Below are positions 46,663 to 55,814 of a stretch of 64,000 nt of DNA, one piece after another. Position 1 is the first letter of the stretch, and each line of letters starts with the position of its first letter. The translations under genes were made by a program, and so were the position numbers. The stretch lies in the NCBI GenBank assembly GCA_965662465.1, contig CBFIIO010000016.1, positions 7,587 through 71,586 on the forward strand. The letters run 5' to 3'. Source of the stretch: Planctomycetota bacterium. GTDB lineage: Bacteria > Planctomycetota > UBA1135 > UBA2386. The notes under the pieces were generated by a model. The model did no database searches and was not told the DNA's origin. It was given only the letters and a program-made list of their open reading frames with translations.

Positions 46663-48249
46663 ATGAACCTGCTTCTACCTTTGCTTGCCTGCATCATTCA
46701 GGATCCACAAGCTGCTGAAATCTCGGGTTCGGTGCCGGTCGAACCAATCTTACGGCCATCTATTGAGCAAGTTGCCAGCGATTCCAGCGCTAGGCTCGAT
46801 GTCGTCAAGCTCAAGAACGGCGATGATCTGATAGGTAGGGTTACCGCTGATCTTGATGGCTATGTCGAGATCGAGATCGAAGATGGGGCGACGATTGGAG
46901 TTAGCCGCGCGCAAGTAAAAGAGATCCTGAAGAAGTCTTTTGCAGTGTCGGTTAGGGCCAGTGTTGTGCGACCTGAGACAGCATGGTTCGTATTGCATGA
47001 CGCCGACGGGGCATCCGTTGGCTGGCTGCATTCATCCGTGACTACGTCGAATAACGGCACGTTTACCGTTAACGAAGAATACGAGTTCGTCAACGGTAAG
47101 CGTCGCTATCAGATTACGAACCAGTGCACCGCTGACAAGAGCGGTCGCGGTCTGCGTTGCTACTACCGTGAACGCGTTAGCCATCCAAAGTTGCTTAGCC
47201 AGATGCAGGGCGTTGATCACATGGGGTCTGGTGACCGAATTGACGACGAGCGCATTGTGGATGCTGTGATCGAAGGTGAGCAGTTGGTGGTCAGACGCAT
47301 CGACGGTCGTGGTCGTAGCGAGCGTCAGCTACCTTGGCATGCGGACTCTACGTTTCCGCTGTTGGCGAGAGCGCTTGCACGCCAGGCAAAATCCGTTGTT
47401 GGACCAGTTGCGATGTTTGATCCGCAAGGTGAAGAGCTCATCATCCGACGCGTTGATGGTACTGGTGCACGTAAGATGACTGTGGCTGGTCTGCCTCAGC
47501 ATGTTAGTGAAGTTGCTGAGACTGATGCCTCGGGCGGCAATCCGATCAATCGTGCATGGGTGGATGTAAATCTTAAGATTGTGCGTCGTGAGCTTGCTGG
47601 CCCGGCGTTGGTTGCTGTGCCAAGCAGCGCCGAAAGTGCGCGTGGCGCCGTCGGTGTTAGCAGTATCGAGAGCGCCATTGTTGCCGAAGCCGATGGTCGA
47701 TTTGGCTTATGGATTCCAAGTCCATCCTGGACCCGGATTGATCCACTACCGGCTGGACACTTAATGCTTCGCTGTGATGTGCACCAAGCTGAATTGCGAC
47801 TAGCGCTGATTGATCACTTGGCGTCAGGCACTGTGTTAGAGACTGCTACAGACGCGGTTGCCAATTGGTTCTTGCTGCTTTATCCGAAGCTACAAGTAGA
47901 CAGCCGATACAACGTGCGGATTCGTGGCCGTCAAGCTATGCGCATATCTGCTACAGATACTCGCAATGTCGATCGCGCCACAATCGATGTGATCCCTTTT
48001 GAAGATCATTATCTGGTGTTGATTTGCCATGCTCCAAAGCGCGCTTGGGACGAATTGCTGCCGGATTTTGAGTTTGTCCGCCGAACTGTAGAGCTCGACG
48101 CTGCTGGTTTGAATCCGTCGCTGCAAGGTCCGCTTCGTCGAAGTCGCGGTGGCCCTAGTCGTCAACCAAGTGGTCCGGTGCCAGCGCCAACGCCGGCGCC
48201 ACGGATCGTGAAGTCCGAGGGCTTAGATCGCGTGCGCATTCCCGAGTAA
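46663..48249 (+). CDS. Hypothetical secreted multidomain protein
   Basis: MNLLLPLLACII signal-like start (track start 46522). Small beta domain VKLKNGDDLIGRV, a beta-rich middle region, and a possible PsbP/DcrB-like C-terminal domain. Confidence 0.65.
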   Translation: MNLLLPLLACIIQDPQAAEISGSVPVEPILRPSIEQVASDSSARLDVVKLKNGDDLIGRVTADLDGYVEIEIEDGATIGVSRAQVKEILKKSFAVSVRASVVRPETAWFVLHDADGASVGWLHSSVTTSNNGTFTVNEEYEFVNGKRRYQITNQCTADKSGRGLRCYYRERVSHPKLLSQMQGVDHMGSGDRIDDERIVDAVIEGEQLVVRRIDGRGRSERQLPWHADSTFPLLARALARQAKSVVGPVAMFDPQGEELIIRRVDGTGARKMTVAGLPQHVSEVAETDASGGNPINRAWVDVNLKIVRRELAGPALVAVPSSAESARGAVGVSSIESAIVAEADGRFGLWIPSPSWTRIDPLPAGHLMLRCDVHQAELRLALIDHLASGTVLETATDAVANWFLLLYPKLQVDSRYNVRIRGRQAMRISATDTRNVDRATIDVIPFEDHYLVLICHAPKRAWDELLPDFEFVRRTVELDAAGLNPSLQGPLRRSRGGPSRQPSGPVPAPTPAPRIVKSEGLDRVRIPE

Positions 48250-48389
48250 CACGGTCTACGTGAGACATCGCATGTGCAACATGCTAGCTGCTCAGTTGCT
48301 GCTGATCTGAGAGTCGTAACTGGCGTAGAGCTATCCTGCACTAGTGGTGTATCGCGGCTGCTGAACTCGTGAAGACAGTTGCCGCTGGA

Positions 48390-49928
48390 TTACATCTTCA
48401 TGCCGTCGATGGCGAAGCCTCTTAGCGAAGCAGCTTGCCAGACATCTATCTCGTTGACGGACGGACGATCATCGAGGTCTGCAAGCGTGCGTGCCATTCG
48501 GAGCATTCTGACGCGACTACGAGGGCTTTGGTGGTGGCGTTGAAGCATCTCATCAAGTGCGTTCATTGCAGTTTCGTCAGCGTCGCAGGCGGTGGCAAGG
48601 TGGCGACCGCTAAGGCGAGCGTTTGGAGTGAATGTTGGATCATTGCTGTGTCTGCATCTGTGCCTTTGTCGTTCATGCGCGATCATGACCCGATCTCGTA
48701 GTGCTTTCGTGGTGCCGCTTGATTCTTCTGGTTGCCGCAATTCGGCGGGTGTCAATGCAGGCACTTCAACTCGTAAATCGATGCGGTCGAGTAGCGGTCC
48801 AGAAAGTCGACGCCGGTAGCGGGTGATCGCGGCAGGTGTGCATAAGCACGGTCTTAGGCGATGGCCTAGGTAGCCGCAGGGGCACGGGTTCATCGCTGCT
48901 GTTAGCAGGAACTGAGCAGGCATGGTTACCGTGCGTTGTGCGCGACCAACGGTGACTGTGCCGTCTTCCAGCGGTTGCCGCATTGCCTCGAGGACGTCGC
49001 GTCGAAACTCAGGTAACTCGTCTAGGAATAAGACTCCGTGGTGTGCAAGTGTGACTTCACCAGGACGAATATCTGTACCTCCGCCTAGCAGGCTAGCTGC
49101 AGAGCTTGTGTGGTGCGGCGCACGCAGGGTTCGCTGCGCACCGTTGCCGAGTGACAACCCCGCGGTTGCGTGCACTTGTAGGACTGCGAGGCGTTCACTT
49201 GCAGATAGTGGCGGCAGAATGCCGGGCAACCGTCGTAGCATTGCACTTTTGCCTGTGCCGGGTGGGCCTGTGAACAATAGGTTGTGGCCACCGGCTGCGG
49301 CGACGGTCAGCGCCAGCTTTGGGGTCGTATGACCACGTAGATCGCCGAGGTCCGGTAGCAGGGGCGGAGTTGTGCTTGATCGTGCTGGTATTGGTGGCAA
49401 TGGACGTTTGCCGGCTAGCCAGTCGATTGCGTCGGCGAGCGTTTCAGCGCCATGCAGTGATAATTGGTCGATAATGGAGCAGGTAGCAGCATCCGTCGGG
49501 CAGCACAGCAGCCCGGTAGCTTGGTGCTTTCGGGCAGCGATTGCGACGCTCACTGCGCCACGTGCCGGCAGAAGGTGGCCCCTCAAGCTGATCTCTCCGA
49601 ATGCGAATAGGCCGACTGCACGTTCGGGAGGATAGAGGCCTGCGGCCCCGGCTAGTGCTAAGGCAAGAGGTAGATCGAAGCCGCTCCCCTGCTTCTTTAA
49701 TGATGCAGGGGCAAAGTTGACCGTAGTTACGCCACGTGGTGGCGAAAGATCGAGTGCGAAAAATGCCTGCAATACGCGGTGGTAGGCTTCGCGAACGCAT
49801 GCATCGACCAGTCCGAGTAATTTGGGGGTGCCATCACCCGCGCTTCGGCAGGTGGCTTCGACTTGTACAGGCACAGCATCTACCCCTTGCACCATGCCGC
49901 AACCGATCGTGATTGTTGATGTCCGCAC
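48390..49928 (-). CDS. comM: YifB/ComM Mg-chelatase-like AAA+ ATPase
   Basis: NFAPASLKKQGSGFDLP, GPPGTGKS, RAPHHTSS, LAHHGVLFLDELPEF, AMNPCPCG and SGPLLDRIDL. Confidence 0.92.
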   Translation of the reverse strand: MRTSTITIGCGMVQGVDAVPVQVEATCRSAGDGTPKLLGLVDACVREAYHRVLQAFFALDLSPPRGVTTVNFAPASLKKQGSGFDLPLALALAGAAGLYPPERAVGLFAFGEISLRGHLLPARGAVSVAIAARKHQATGLLCCPTDAATCSIIDQLSLHGAETLADAIDWLAGKRPLPPIPARSSTTPPLLPDLGDLRGHTTPKLALTVAAAGGHNLLFTGPPGTGKSAMLRRLPGILPPLSASERLAVLQVHATAGLSLGNGAQRTLRAPHHTSSAASLLGGGTDIRPGEVTLAHHGVLFLDELPEFRRDVLEAMRQPLEDGTVTVGRAQRTVTMPAQFLLTAAMNPCPCGYLGHRLRPCLCTPAAITRYRRRLSGPLLDRIDLRVEVPALTPAELRQPEESSGTTKALRDRVMIAHERQRHRCRHSNDPTFTPNARLSGRHLATACDADETAMNALDEMLQRHHQSPRSRVRMLRMARTLADLDDRPSVNEIDVWQAASLRGFAIDGMKM

Positions 49929-50081
49929 ACTGTCTTCAGTGCGTCGGAATCATTCGCGGTGACACTACTTTACGAACAATCCATGAATCCCGACCATGCA
50001 TCGAGGCATGTTTGTTGGCTCTTGGCGGGCAGCCACCTTGTTTGCATCTCTGATGTTTGGCGCATCAACCGCGCCGCTTAG

Positions 50082-51788
50082 CTACCAGTCTCTGGCAGCA
50101 GCTTCGCTAGCTCGTTCCGATAGGTCGAGGCATAGCATGCGAGCGTCATGCAACGTTAAGTCGGGGATACGTGTTGGGCTGCCGCCCGCGACGTAGACTG
50201 TCAAATCCGCTACGCCCAGTAGTTGGCCTATGATCGTTTGGCGCACTACGACAGCTTGAATCTTCGCAGTCGGAACACAGGCGAAGTTTTTACCAATGAT
50301 GCCGTGCTGTAGCGCAAAGAACTCTGTGCCTCGTGCCCATCCAAGGTTGCGCCAGACAAGCACTCCCATGATCGTCCAAAGGGGAATGAGCAGCAGGGCG
50401 AATAAGCTGAGAGATTCGGCTCGCCACCAAAATGCAGCGATCCCTATGCCGGACAGCAGGACGCCTTGCATGGCGGTGCGCGCAATCAATTTAGGAGACC
50501 CGCGGCGCCACTCGAATTGCGTCTTTTCGATGCCTGGCAGCAAAGATGGTAGCAGCGCGCGTGCGGTTGTGTTGCTTGTTAACGGCACAACAACGTCCCA
50601 GCCAGCACTTGTGTCTTGGCCATCAGAGCGACTGCTGCCAGCAGAGTCGGCTTTGACGACCGCGTAGCCGCAGAGGCGACGCAACCATGTTTGCTCAATC
50701 GTCACGCGTTGCACTCGGGCCCTAGGCAAGGTCTTTTGCCGAGTCGTTAACAATCCATAGCGTCGTTGCAGGACGTCGCCCCGTAGCACGATCTGGAAGC
50801 CATGGAATTGCACTAGGTTGCCAATGGTCGAAGTGATGATGCCAAATGCCATCACAACGAATAGCAAGCCGGCCAGAACGCTGAGTATGATTACCGGTGA
50901 GAAGGAGTACAGCCATTCACGGAAGCTGTTGGCGATGCCTGCCAACTGCGTAACCATGCCAAGTTGATTCGTGACTTCGTAAGCGGCGTAGGCGGATACG
51001 GCAAAGGCACCAAGGCGCATGTCGGTAGCGCCACGTACGATCAGCTCCCAGGCAGTGCTGCGGTGAACAAGCCACTCGACTTCTGGTGTTTCAGGGGCCT
51101 TTGGCTGCCCTGGGCCGGTAGCCAGTTCATCCTTATCTAGAGCGCTGGTTTCGGGTGTCGACCTTCTCGAGTCCTCAATACTCGATAGACGCGCAGCTAG
51201 TAACACCTCTCGCAAATGCTCTGCATCACGCCTTGAAAGTGCATCGAGCTTGGCTTCGACACCGCGACCGGATGCCGTTTCGACCATTACTACGGAAAGT
51301 CCAAGAGCGCGGCGAAGCAGAGTCGATTCGAACCCTAGATCCTGAATGCGATCTAGCGGTATGCGACGTTCTTGACGATGCAGCAGACCTTCACGGATGC
51401 GCAGCTCATCGGCGGTTAGGGTGTATTCAAGAGTCAGATAACGAATTACCGAGATGCCCAGCTGCAGTACGAACAGGACGAGCGCTCCAACCAAAAACCA
51501 TTCGTAGGCCGCGATGCCGAGCATCAAGGGGAACGCGACTTGTCGTAAAGCATCGATCAGTCGCAGCAGTAGGATCGCTGGATGAAGATGACCATTGGCC
51601 AGGACGATCGACTGATCACTTGCCGTGCCGCTTGATGCCGCTGGCTCGACGGTTTCTGACGACGTTTCTGGCTGACTGCCAGAGGAGAAGTTGTCGGCCG
51701 AGACCGGTGGCAAGTCGCGCAACCGATCGGCTGCTAGATCGGGCGGAATGTCCGAAGGCTGTGGGGGGATATCAGAGCCGTCCGTCAC
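50082..51788 (-). CDS. YdbT-like membrane protein with bacterial PH (bPH_2) domains
   Basis: EGLLHRQERRIPLDRIQ, YGLLTTRQKTLPRARVQRV and KIQAVVVRQ. GTG start overlaps the end of the upstream gene (track start 51887). Confidence 0.85.
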   Translation of the reverse strand: MTDGSDIPPQPSDIPPDLAADRLRDLPPVSADNFSSGSQPETSSETVEPAASSGTASDQSIVLANGHLHPAILLLRLIDALRQVAFPLMLGIAAYEWFLVGALVLFVLQLGISVIRYLTLEYTLTADELRIREGLLHRQERRIPLDRIQDLGFESTLLRRALGLSVVMVETASGRGVEAKLDALSRRDAEHLREVLLAARLSSIEDSRRSTPETSALDKDELATGPGQPKAPETPEVEWLVHRSTAWELIVRGATDMRLGAFAVSAYAAYEVTNQLGMVTQLAGIANSFREWLYSFSPVIILSVLAGLLFVVMAFGIITSTIGNLVQFHGFQIVLRGDVLQRRYGLLTTRQKTLPRARVQRVTIEQTWLRRLCGYAVVKADSAGSSRSDGQDTSAGWDVVVPLTSNTTARALLPSLLPGIEKTQFEWRRGSPKLIARTAMQGVLLSGIGIAAFWWRAESLSLFALLLIPLWTIMGVLVWRNLGWARGTEFFALQHGIIGKNFACVPTAKIQAVVVRQTIIGQLLGVADLTVYVAGGSPTRIPDLTLHDARMLCLDLSERASEAAARDW

Positions 51789-52272
51789 CACGCATCTGCA
51801 CGATACGATCGCGCAGCTCTTGAGCTTCTTGGATGGGCAGGCCGGGCACGCGGAATGCGGAGCCTTCGTTACCTGCGGTGAACACAACCAGCGTCGCTAA
51901 CCCAAAGATCCGTTCAATCGGGCCGCGAACTAAGTCGACGTGCTGCATGCGTCGTACTGGAATAGCACGTTCCTCAACGAAAAAGATTCCGTATCGCATA
52001 AGTAGCAACTCGTCGACGAACCCGTAGCGCCAGCGCGCATAGCTAAGCGGCGGAATCAGGATCGCTAGTGACAGCACAGTCAGGCACATCCCGAGGAGGA
52101 TGTTGTCGTAGACGGGTGACCAGGAATCCCATTTTTCGGCAATCAGGGGTCGCCCGAGGAACCAGGCTATGCTGGTCAGGATAAAAGCGGTGAGTCCGTC
52201 GCCAAGGATCCAATACGGCACCACGCGCGCAGCAAGGCGCTGTGGTGGGCGTAGGGTCTCGGAAGAAGTCAT
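51772..52272 (-). CDS. YdbS-like membrane protein with one bPH_2 domain
   Basis: Two TM helices, then YARWRY...RYGIFF...IPVRRMQHVDLVRGPIERIFGLATL. Start MTSSETL after aggag-like sequence not evident; placed at ATG 52272. Confidence 0.85.
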   Translation of the reverse strand: MTSSETLRPPQRLAARVVPYWILGDGLTAFILTSIAWFLGRPLIAEKWDSWSPVYDNILLGMCLTVLSLAILIPPLSYARWRYGFVDELLLMRYGIFFVEERAIPVRRMQHVDLVRGPIERIFGLATLVVFTAGNEGSAFRVPGLPIQEAQELRDRIVQMRGDGRL

Positions 52273-52824
52273 GAGAGGAGCGTGCAGGTATTTTGTGGTC
52301 GGTGCAATGGCGATAAGGCTACTAGCGCAGGTGTGGTGGCGACTGGCCGCGGCCAATTAGCTGCATACGGTGACCTTAACGGCAGCTTCCTTTGGGAAAA
52401 CTTTCTGGATTGAGATTGGAGCGAGTCGCAGCGAGACCGGCCAGATCAAGCCATTAGATCGAGTTAGCAGCAGGTAAACCTATTGGGCTGATAAGCAGTC
52501 ACACGTCGTGTGTCGCAGGTTCCCTGGGGTCACCTGCCATGATCGGATCGCATCGATTTTTTTCGCTTTCGGCCTGCTACTCAATGCGCTTATTCCGGGC
52601 CTTCCTAGGCAAAGTAATGAGGTCGCTTCCATTGCATCGCGGTTGCGGCTCATCGGACAAGAGTATGAGACCCACGGTTTGTCTGGCGGAGTGGTGCATC
52701 ACGGCAAGATGGGTCTTCTGCAGGTTATGGATTCGCCCATTTGGAGAACGATTTCGCTGCAATTGACGAAATGACGCAACGGTCTACCGATTGGCGTCCA
52801 TCTCTAAGCCAGTGACTAGGCATG

Positions 52825-52841
52825 TTGGTATGGAATCTGCT
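52825..52841 (+). promoter_or_regulatory. Candidate sigma-54 (-24/-12) promoter
   Basis: TTGGTATGGAATCTGCT versus consensus YTGGCACGRNNNTTGCW: GG-N10-GC spacing is exact, with three transition mismatches. Lies in a 750-bp divergent intergenic region. Confidence 0.3.
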
Positions 52842-53110
52842 GCCCTGACTTTGCAGGAAATGTGGGCGGCGTAAACGACCCGCTCAGTGCAGCCTGTGGG
52901 CTATGGGCTATGGGCTAGGCTTTGGGGTGCGGCGAAAAAAAAGGGTCGGTGAGTTGTGCAGCACACCGAAGCCGAGTCACGGGTTAGCACTATGCTCTGT
53001 AGGATCCCCGGCGATCAAATAGCGGTCGTGATCATGTGTAACCTTCAGGTCACCCTGCTTGTTAGATTGGCGCAAGATATCGCGTTCTTGGTTAGCGAGA
53101 GGCAGAAGTA

Positions 53111-53977
53111 ATGAGCAAGTTATGTTGGTCGGTTCTAGGAAACTCTCAGAAGCTCGATGGCGGCTCGATGTTTGGGAATGCACCCAAGGCAATGTGGAGT
53201 CAGTGGGCAAAGGTTGATGAAGCCAACCGCATCGATCTGGCGTGCCGTTGTTTGCTGGTGAAAGACGGCGATCGAACCATCCTCTTTGAGGCGGGCATTG
53301 GAGCGTTCTTTTCGCCGCCACTACGCCAGCGGTTTGGTGTGCAAGAGAGCGAGCACGTCTTGATAGCTAACTTGGCGAAGGTCGATGTTCAGCCTGAAGA
53401 CGTTGATGTAGTGGTGTTGTCGCACTTGCACTTCGACCATGCTGGTGGCGTGTTGTCTGCGCATCAAGAGCAGGTCGCGTCTGAGTTGGTGTTTCCGAAT
53501 GCTAGGTATGTAGTTGGCGAGGAAGCATGGCAGCGGGCTGTGAAACCGCACTCGCGTGATCGGAAGAGTTTCATCCCAGAGTTGCAGCCACTGCTTGAGG
53601 CGACTGGCCGCCTTGAGCGCGTGGTTGGAGAACGCAGTGAAACTCTGGGCGATGATTACCGACTGCATGTTAGCAACGGTCACACGCCGGGCATGATGAT
53701 CGCAGAGATCTGTGGCGACGACGGCCCAATCATATTTTGTGCCGACTTAATCCCTGGCGTGCCGTGGGTTCGTCGAGCGATAACGATGGGTTACGATCGA
53801 TTCCCGGAACTGCTCATCGACGAAAAAGCTGCGTTGCTCGATGACCTTGTCGAGCGTTCTGGGCGATTGTTTTTTACTCATGATCCAGATGTCGCAATGT
53901 GTCATTTGCAGCGCAATGAACTGGGGCACGTCGTTGCAGCTTCGCCAATTGCAAAAATGGCTGGGCAGTTGGCATGA
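53111..53977 (+). CDS. MBL-fold metallo-hydrolase (YtnP-like)
   Basis: [29 protein letters not shown] and FTHDP. Confidence 0.9.
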   Translation: MSKLCWSVLGNSQKLDGGSMFGNAPKAMWSQWAKVDEANRIDLACRCLLVKDGDRTILFEAGIGAFFSPPLRQRFGVQESEHVLIANLAKVDVQPEDVDVVVLSHLHFDHAGGVLSAHQEQVASELVFPNARYVVGEEAWQRAVKPHSRDRKSFIPELQPLLEATGRLERVVGERSETLGDDYRLHVSNGHTPGMMIAEICGDDGPIIFCADLIPGVPWVRRAITMGYDRFPELLIDEKAALLDDLVERSGRLFFTHDPDVAMCHLQRNELGHVVAASPIAKMAGQLA

Positions 53978-54073
53978 CTTGATTTGGTGCCTCTTCTCGA
54001 TTGCTCATGGCGGGGGTGTAGAAGTTGCAAATGAGGCTTATGGAAGCGTTGGACTCAACCGTCGCTCAATGGC

Positions 54074-54520
54074 ATGCTTGGCAAGATGATCCGTATAATT
54101 CAGGCGTTAGTTGGGCTGATATCAGCCCTGTTTGTCTGTAGCTGTGGCGGGACTAGCCCGGCAGTCGGAGTCTACGAGCTAGACACCGGGGCGATGCGGA
54201 CTGCTTATCTGAAGCAGGTTGGAGCAGGAGAGCTAAACTCTTTGCAGAAGGTTCAGCTTGAAGCAATTAGCTCGGCATCGGGCAGCATGGAATTGAACGC
54301 CGATGGCACCTGCAAGATCAGTTACGCGAGCGCAGGCCAGCCACCCTCATCTGATTCGGGGACTTGGGAGTTCAGCGGCGATAAAATCATCCTAACGGGC
54401 AAAGATATGAAGGCCGGTAATGACGTTGTGATGGAACTTCCGTTCGACGGTCATTGCGCGACGCTATTTCTCGGCCCTGGAGTGTTTGGCACGAGGAAGT
54501 TTCGCAAAGTCGAGAATTAG
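54074..54520 (+). CDS. Small lipoprotein, lipocalin-like beta fold
   Basis: Lipobox FVCS-C, GVYEL, MELNADGT and GTWEFSGDKIIL. Confidence 0.6.
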   Translation: MLGKMIRIIQALVGLISALFVCSCGGTSPAVGVYELDTGAMRTAYLKQVGAGELNSLQKVQLEAISSASGSMELNADGTCKISYASAGQPPSSDSGTWEFSGDKIILTGKDMKAGNDVVMELPFDGHCATLFLGPGVFGTRKFRKVEN

Positions 54521-54586
54521 GCTGCGATTCGCTGGAGAAGCGGGATGGCATCTTTTGTTCTGGTCTGCAGAAAGGAGTAGTCAATT

Positions 54587-54973
54587 ATGATCATGTTGCG
54601 CAAACCTTTAGTGGCGGCTCTTTTAACTTTGGCTGCGTGTGGCGGAGGCTCCTCATCGCAGGGCGGTCAAGGTGCTGGCGCGAGTCCAATGGCGGGAAAT
54701 TGGACTGCGGCATCAGGTATGAAACTCACTTTTGATGGAGAGAGTAACAAGCTGAATGCGCACGGTATCCCGCTAGAGGACGGTCGTCATGATCATGCTC
54801 ACGGTACTTACACCTACGACGGGAAGACTCAGGCCGTGACTCTGACAGTCAGTCTTTTTGGCCTTGGCAAGGGTGATGCATGGCAAGGCTCAGTTGTTGG
54901 GGAAAGTCTCAATATTCAGTCGGGCGAAGCGAAGCTTGTGTTCGATAAGGGCGGCGTCGACGACGGCCATTAA
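54587..54973 (+). CDS. Small lipoprotein with His-rich loop
   Basis: Lipobox TLAA-C, GNW, GRHDHAHGTY. Confidence 0.65.
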   Translation: MIMLRKPLVAALLTLAACGGGSSSQGGQGAGASPMAGNWTAASGMKLTFDGESNKLNAHGIPLEDGRHDHAHGTYTYDGKTQAVTLTVSLFGLGKGDAWQGSVVGESLNIQSGEAKLVFDKGGVDDGH

Positions 54974-55091
54974 CGGGCAGGATATTTTGCAGGCAGGTAG
55001 GTGGATCCTTGTTCGTATTGATCGACTCTTCATTGCTTGCATATGCTTACCCGCATGTGGTTAAACTTGTAGTTCGGGACTTGAGAAGCCA

Positions 55092-55547
55092 ATGACCAAT
55101 TTGCAGCCTAGTGAATCGACTGACACCATCCTCGTGACGGCGGCGGCTGAGTTTATGCCCCAAGAGGTCTTGCCGCATGAGTTCTCCGATCCTTCTCAAG
55201 CCGAAGAGTCGGGCGCGGTTGAGAGCTTTGTCTTTCGCTACAAAGTCACGATGTCCAACGTCGGTGAAGAGTCAGCAAGTCTACTCTCACGACACTGGAT
55301 CATCGTAGATGGGGAAGGCAAGCGTGAGGAAGTGCAAGGGCGCGGCGTCGTTGGTGAGTATCCAACTTTGGCTCCAGGTGAGAGCTACAGTTACATCAGC
55401 TACTGCCCGCTGCCAACAACCTGGGGCACCATGGAAGGCTCCTACACATTTGAGCGTGAAGACGGGTCGAAGATTGTCGCAGCGATACCCCGTTTCTTCT
55501 TGGTTCCAACTGCACCGCCACTAGAGCTCGAGCAGCCGTCGATCTAG
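55092..55547 (+). CDS. apaG: ApaG protein
   Basis: YKVTMSN, LLSRHWII.DG, V.G.GVVGE.P.L.PGE and GTMEGSY. Confidence 0.92.
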   Translation: MTNLQPSESTDTILVTAAAEFMPQEVLPHEFSDPSQAEESGAVESFVFRYKVTMSNVGEESASLLSRHWIIVDGEGKREEVQGRGVVGEYPTLAPGESYSYISYCPLPTTWGTMEGSYTFEREDGSKIVAAIPRFFLVPTAPPLELEQPSI

Positions 55548-55656
55548 CCCGGCTGTATGACTGGCCGGTCGCATGATTGGCCGGCTGTATGACTGGCCGG
55601 CTGTATGACTGGCCGGTTGTATGCCTGGCCTGCTGCATGTCTGGGTGGGCTGTGTG
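55545..55656. repeat. About seven tandem 16-bp repeats (consensus ctggccggctgtatga) beginning at the apaG stop codon
   Basis: Units at 55545, 55561, 55577, 55593, 55609, 55625 and 55641. Units 3 and 4 differ by one base; terminal units are degenerate. Confidence 0.9.
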
Positions 55657-55814
55657 CTTCGCTCGTCAAAACACCTAGGCCGGTAGTGGAGCTGGTCAGC
55701 AGTAGATCCATCTGCCCTGCTGGAGGTGGGGTAGCTCGCAGCAAATCTCCTGTTCCTCCCAGGTGAAGGTATACAGGCTTGGTTTGCCCGGTAGCTTCGC
55801 GCTAGTCTCCGCGC

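Noticed and set aside
52508-52774. 88-aa ORF in the large intergenic region
   Set aside because: No RBS, no motif and atypical composition.
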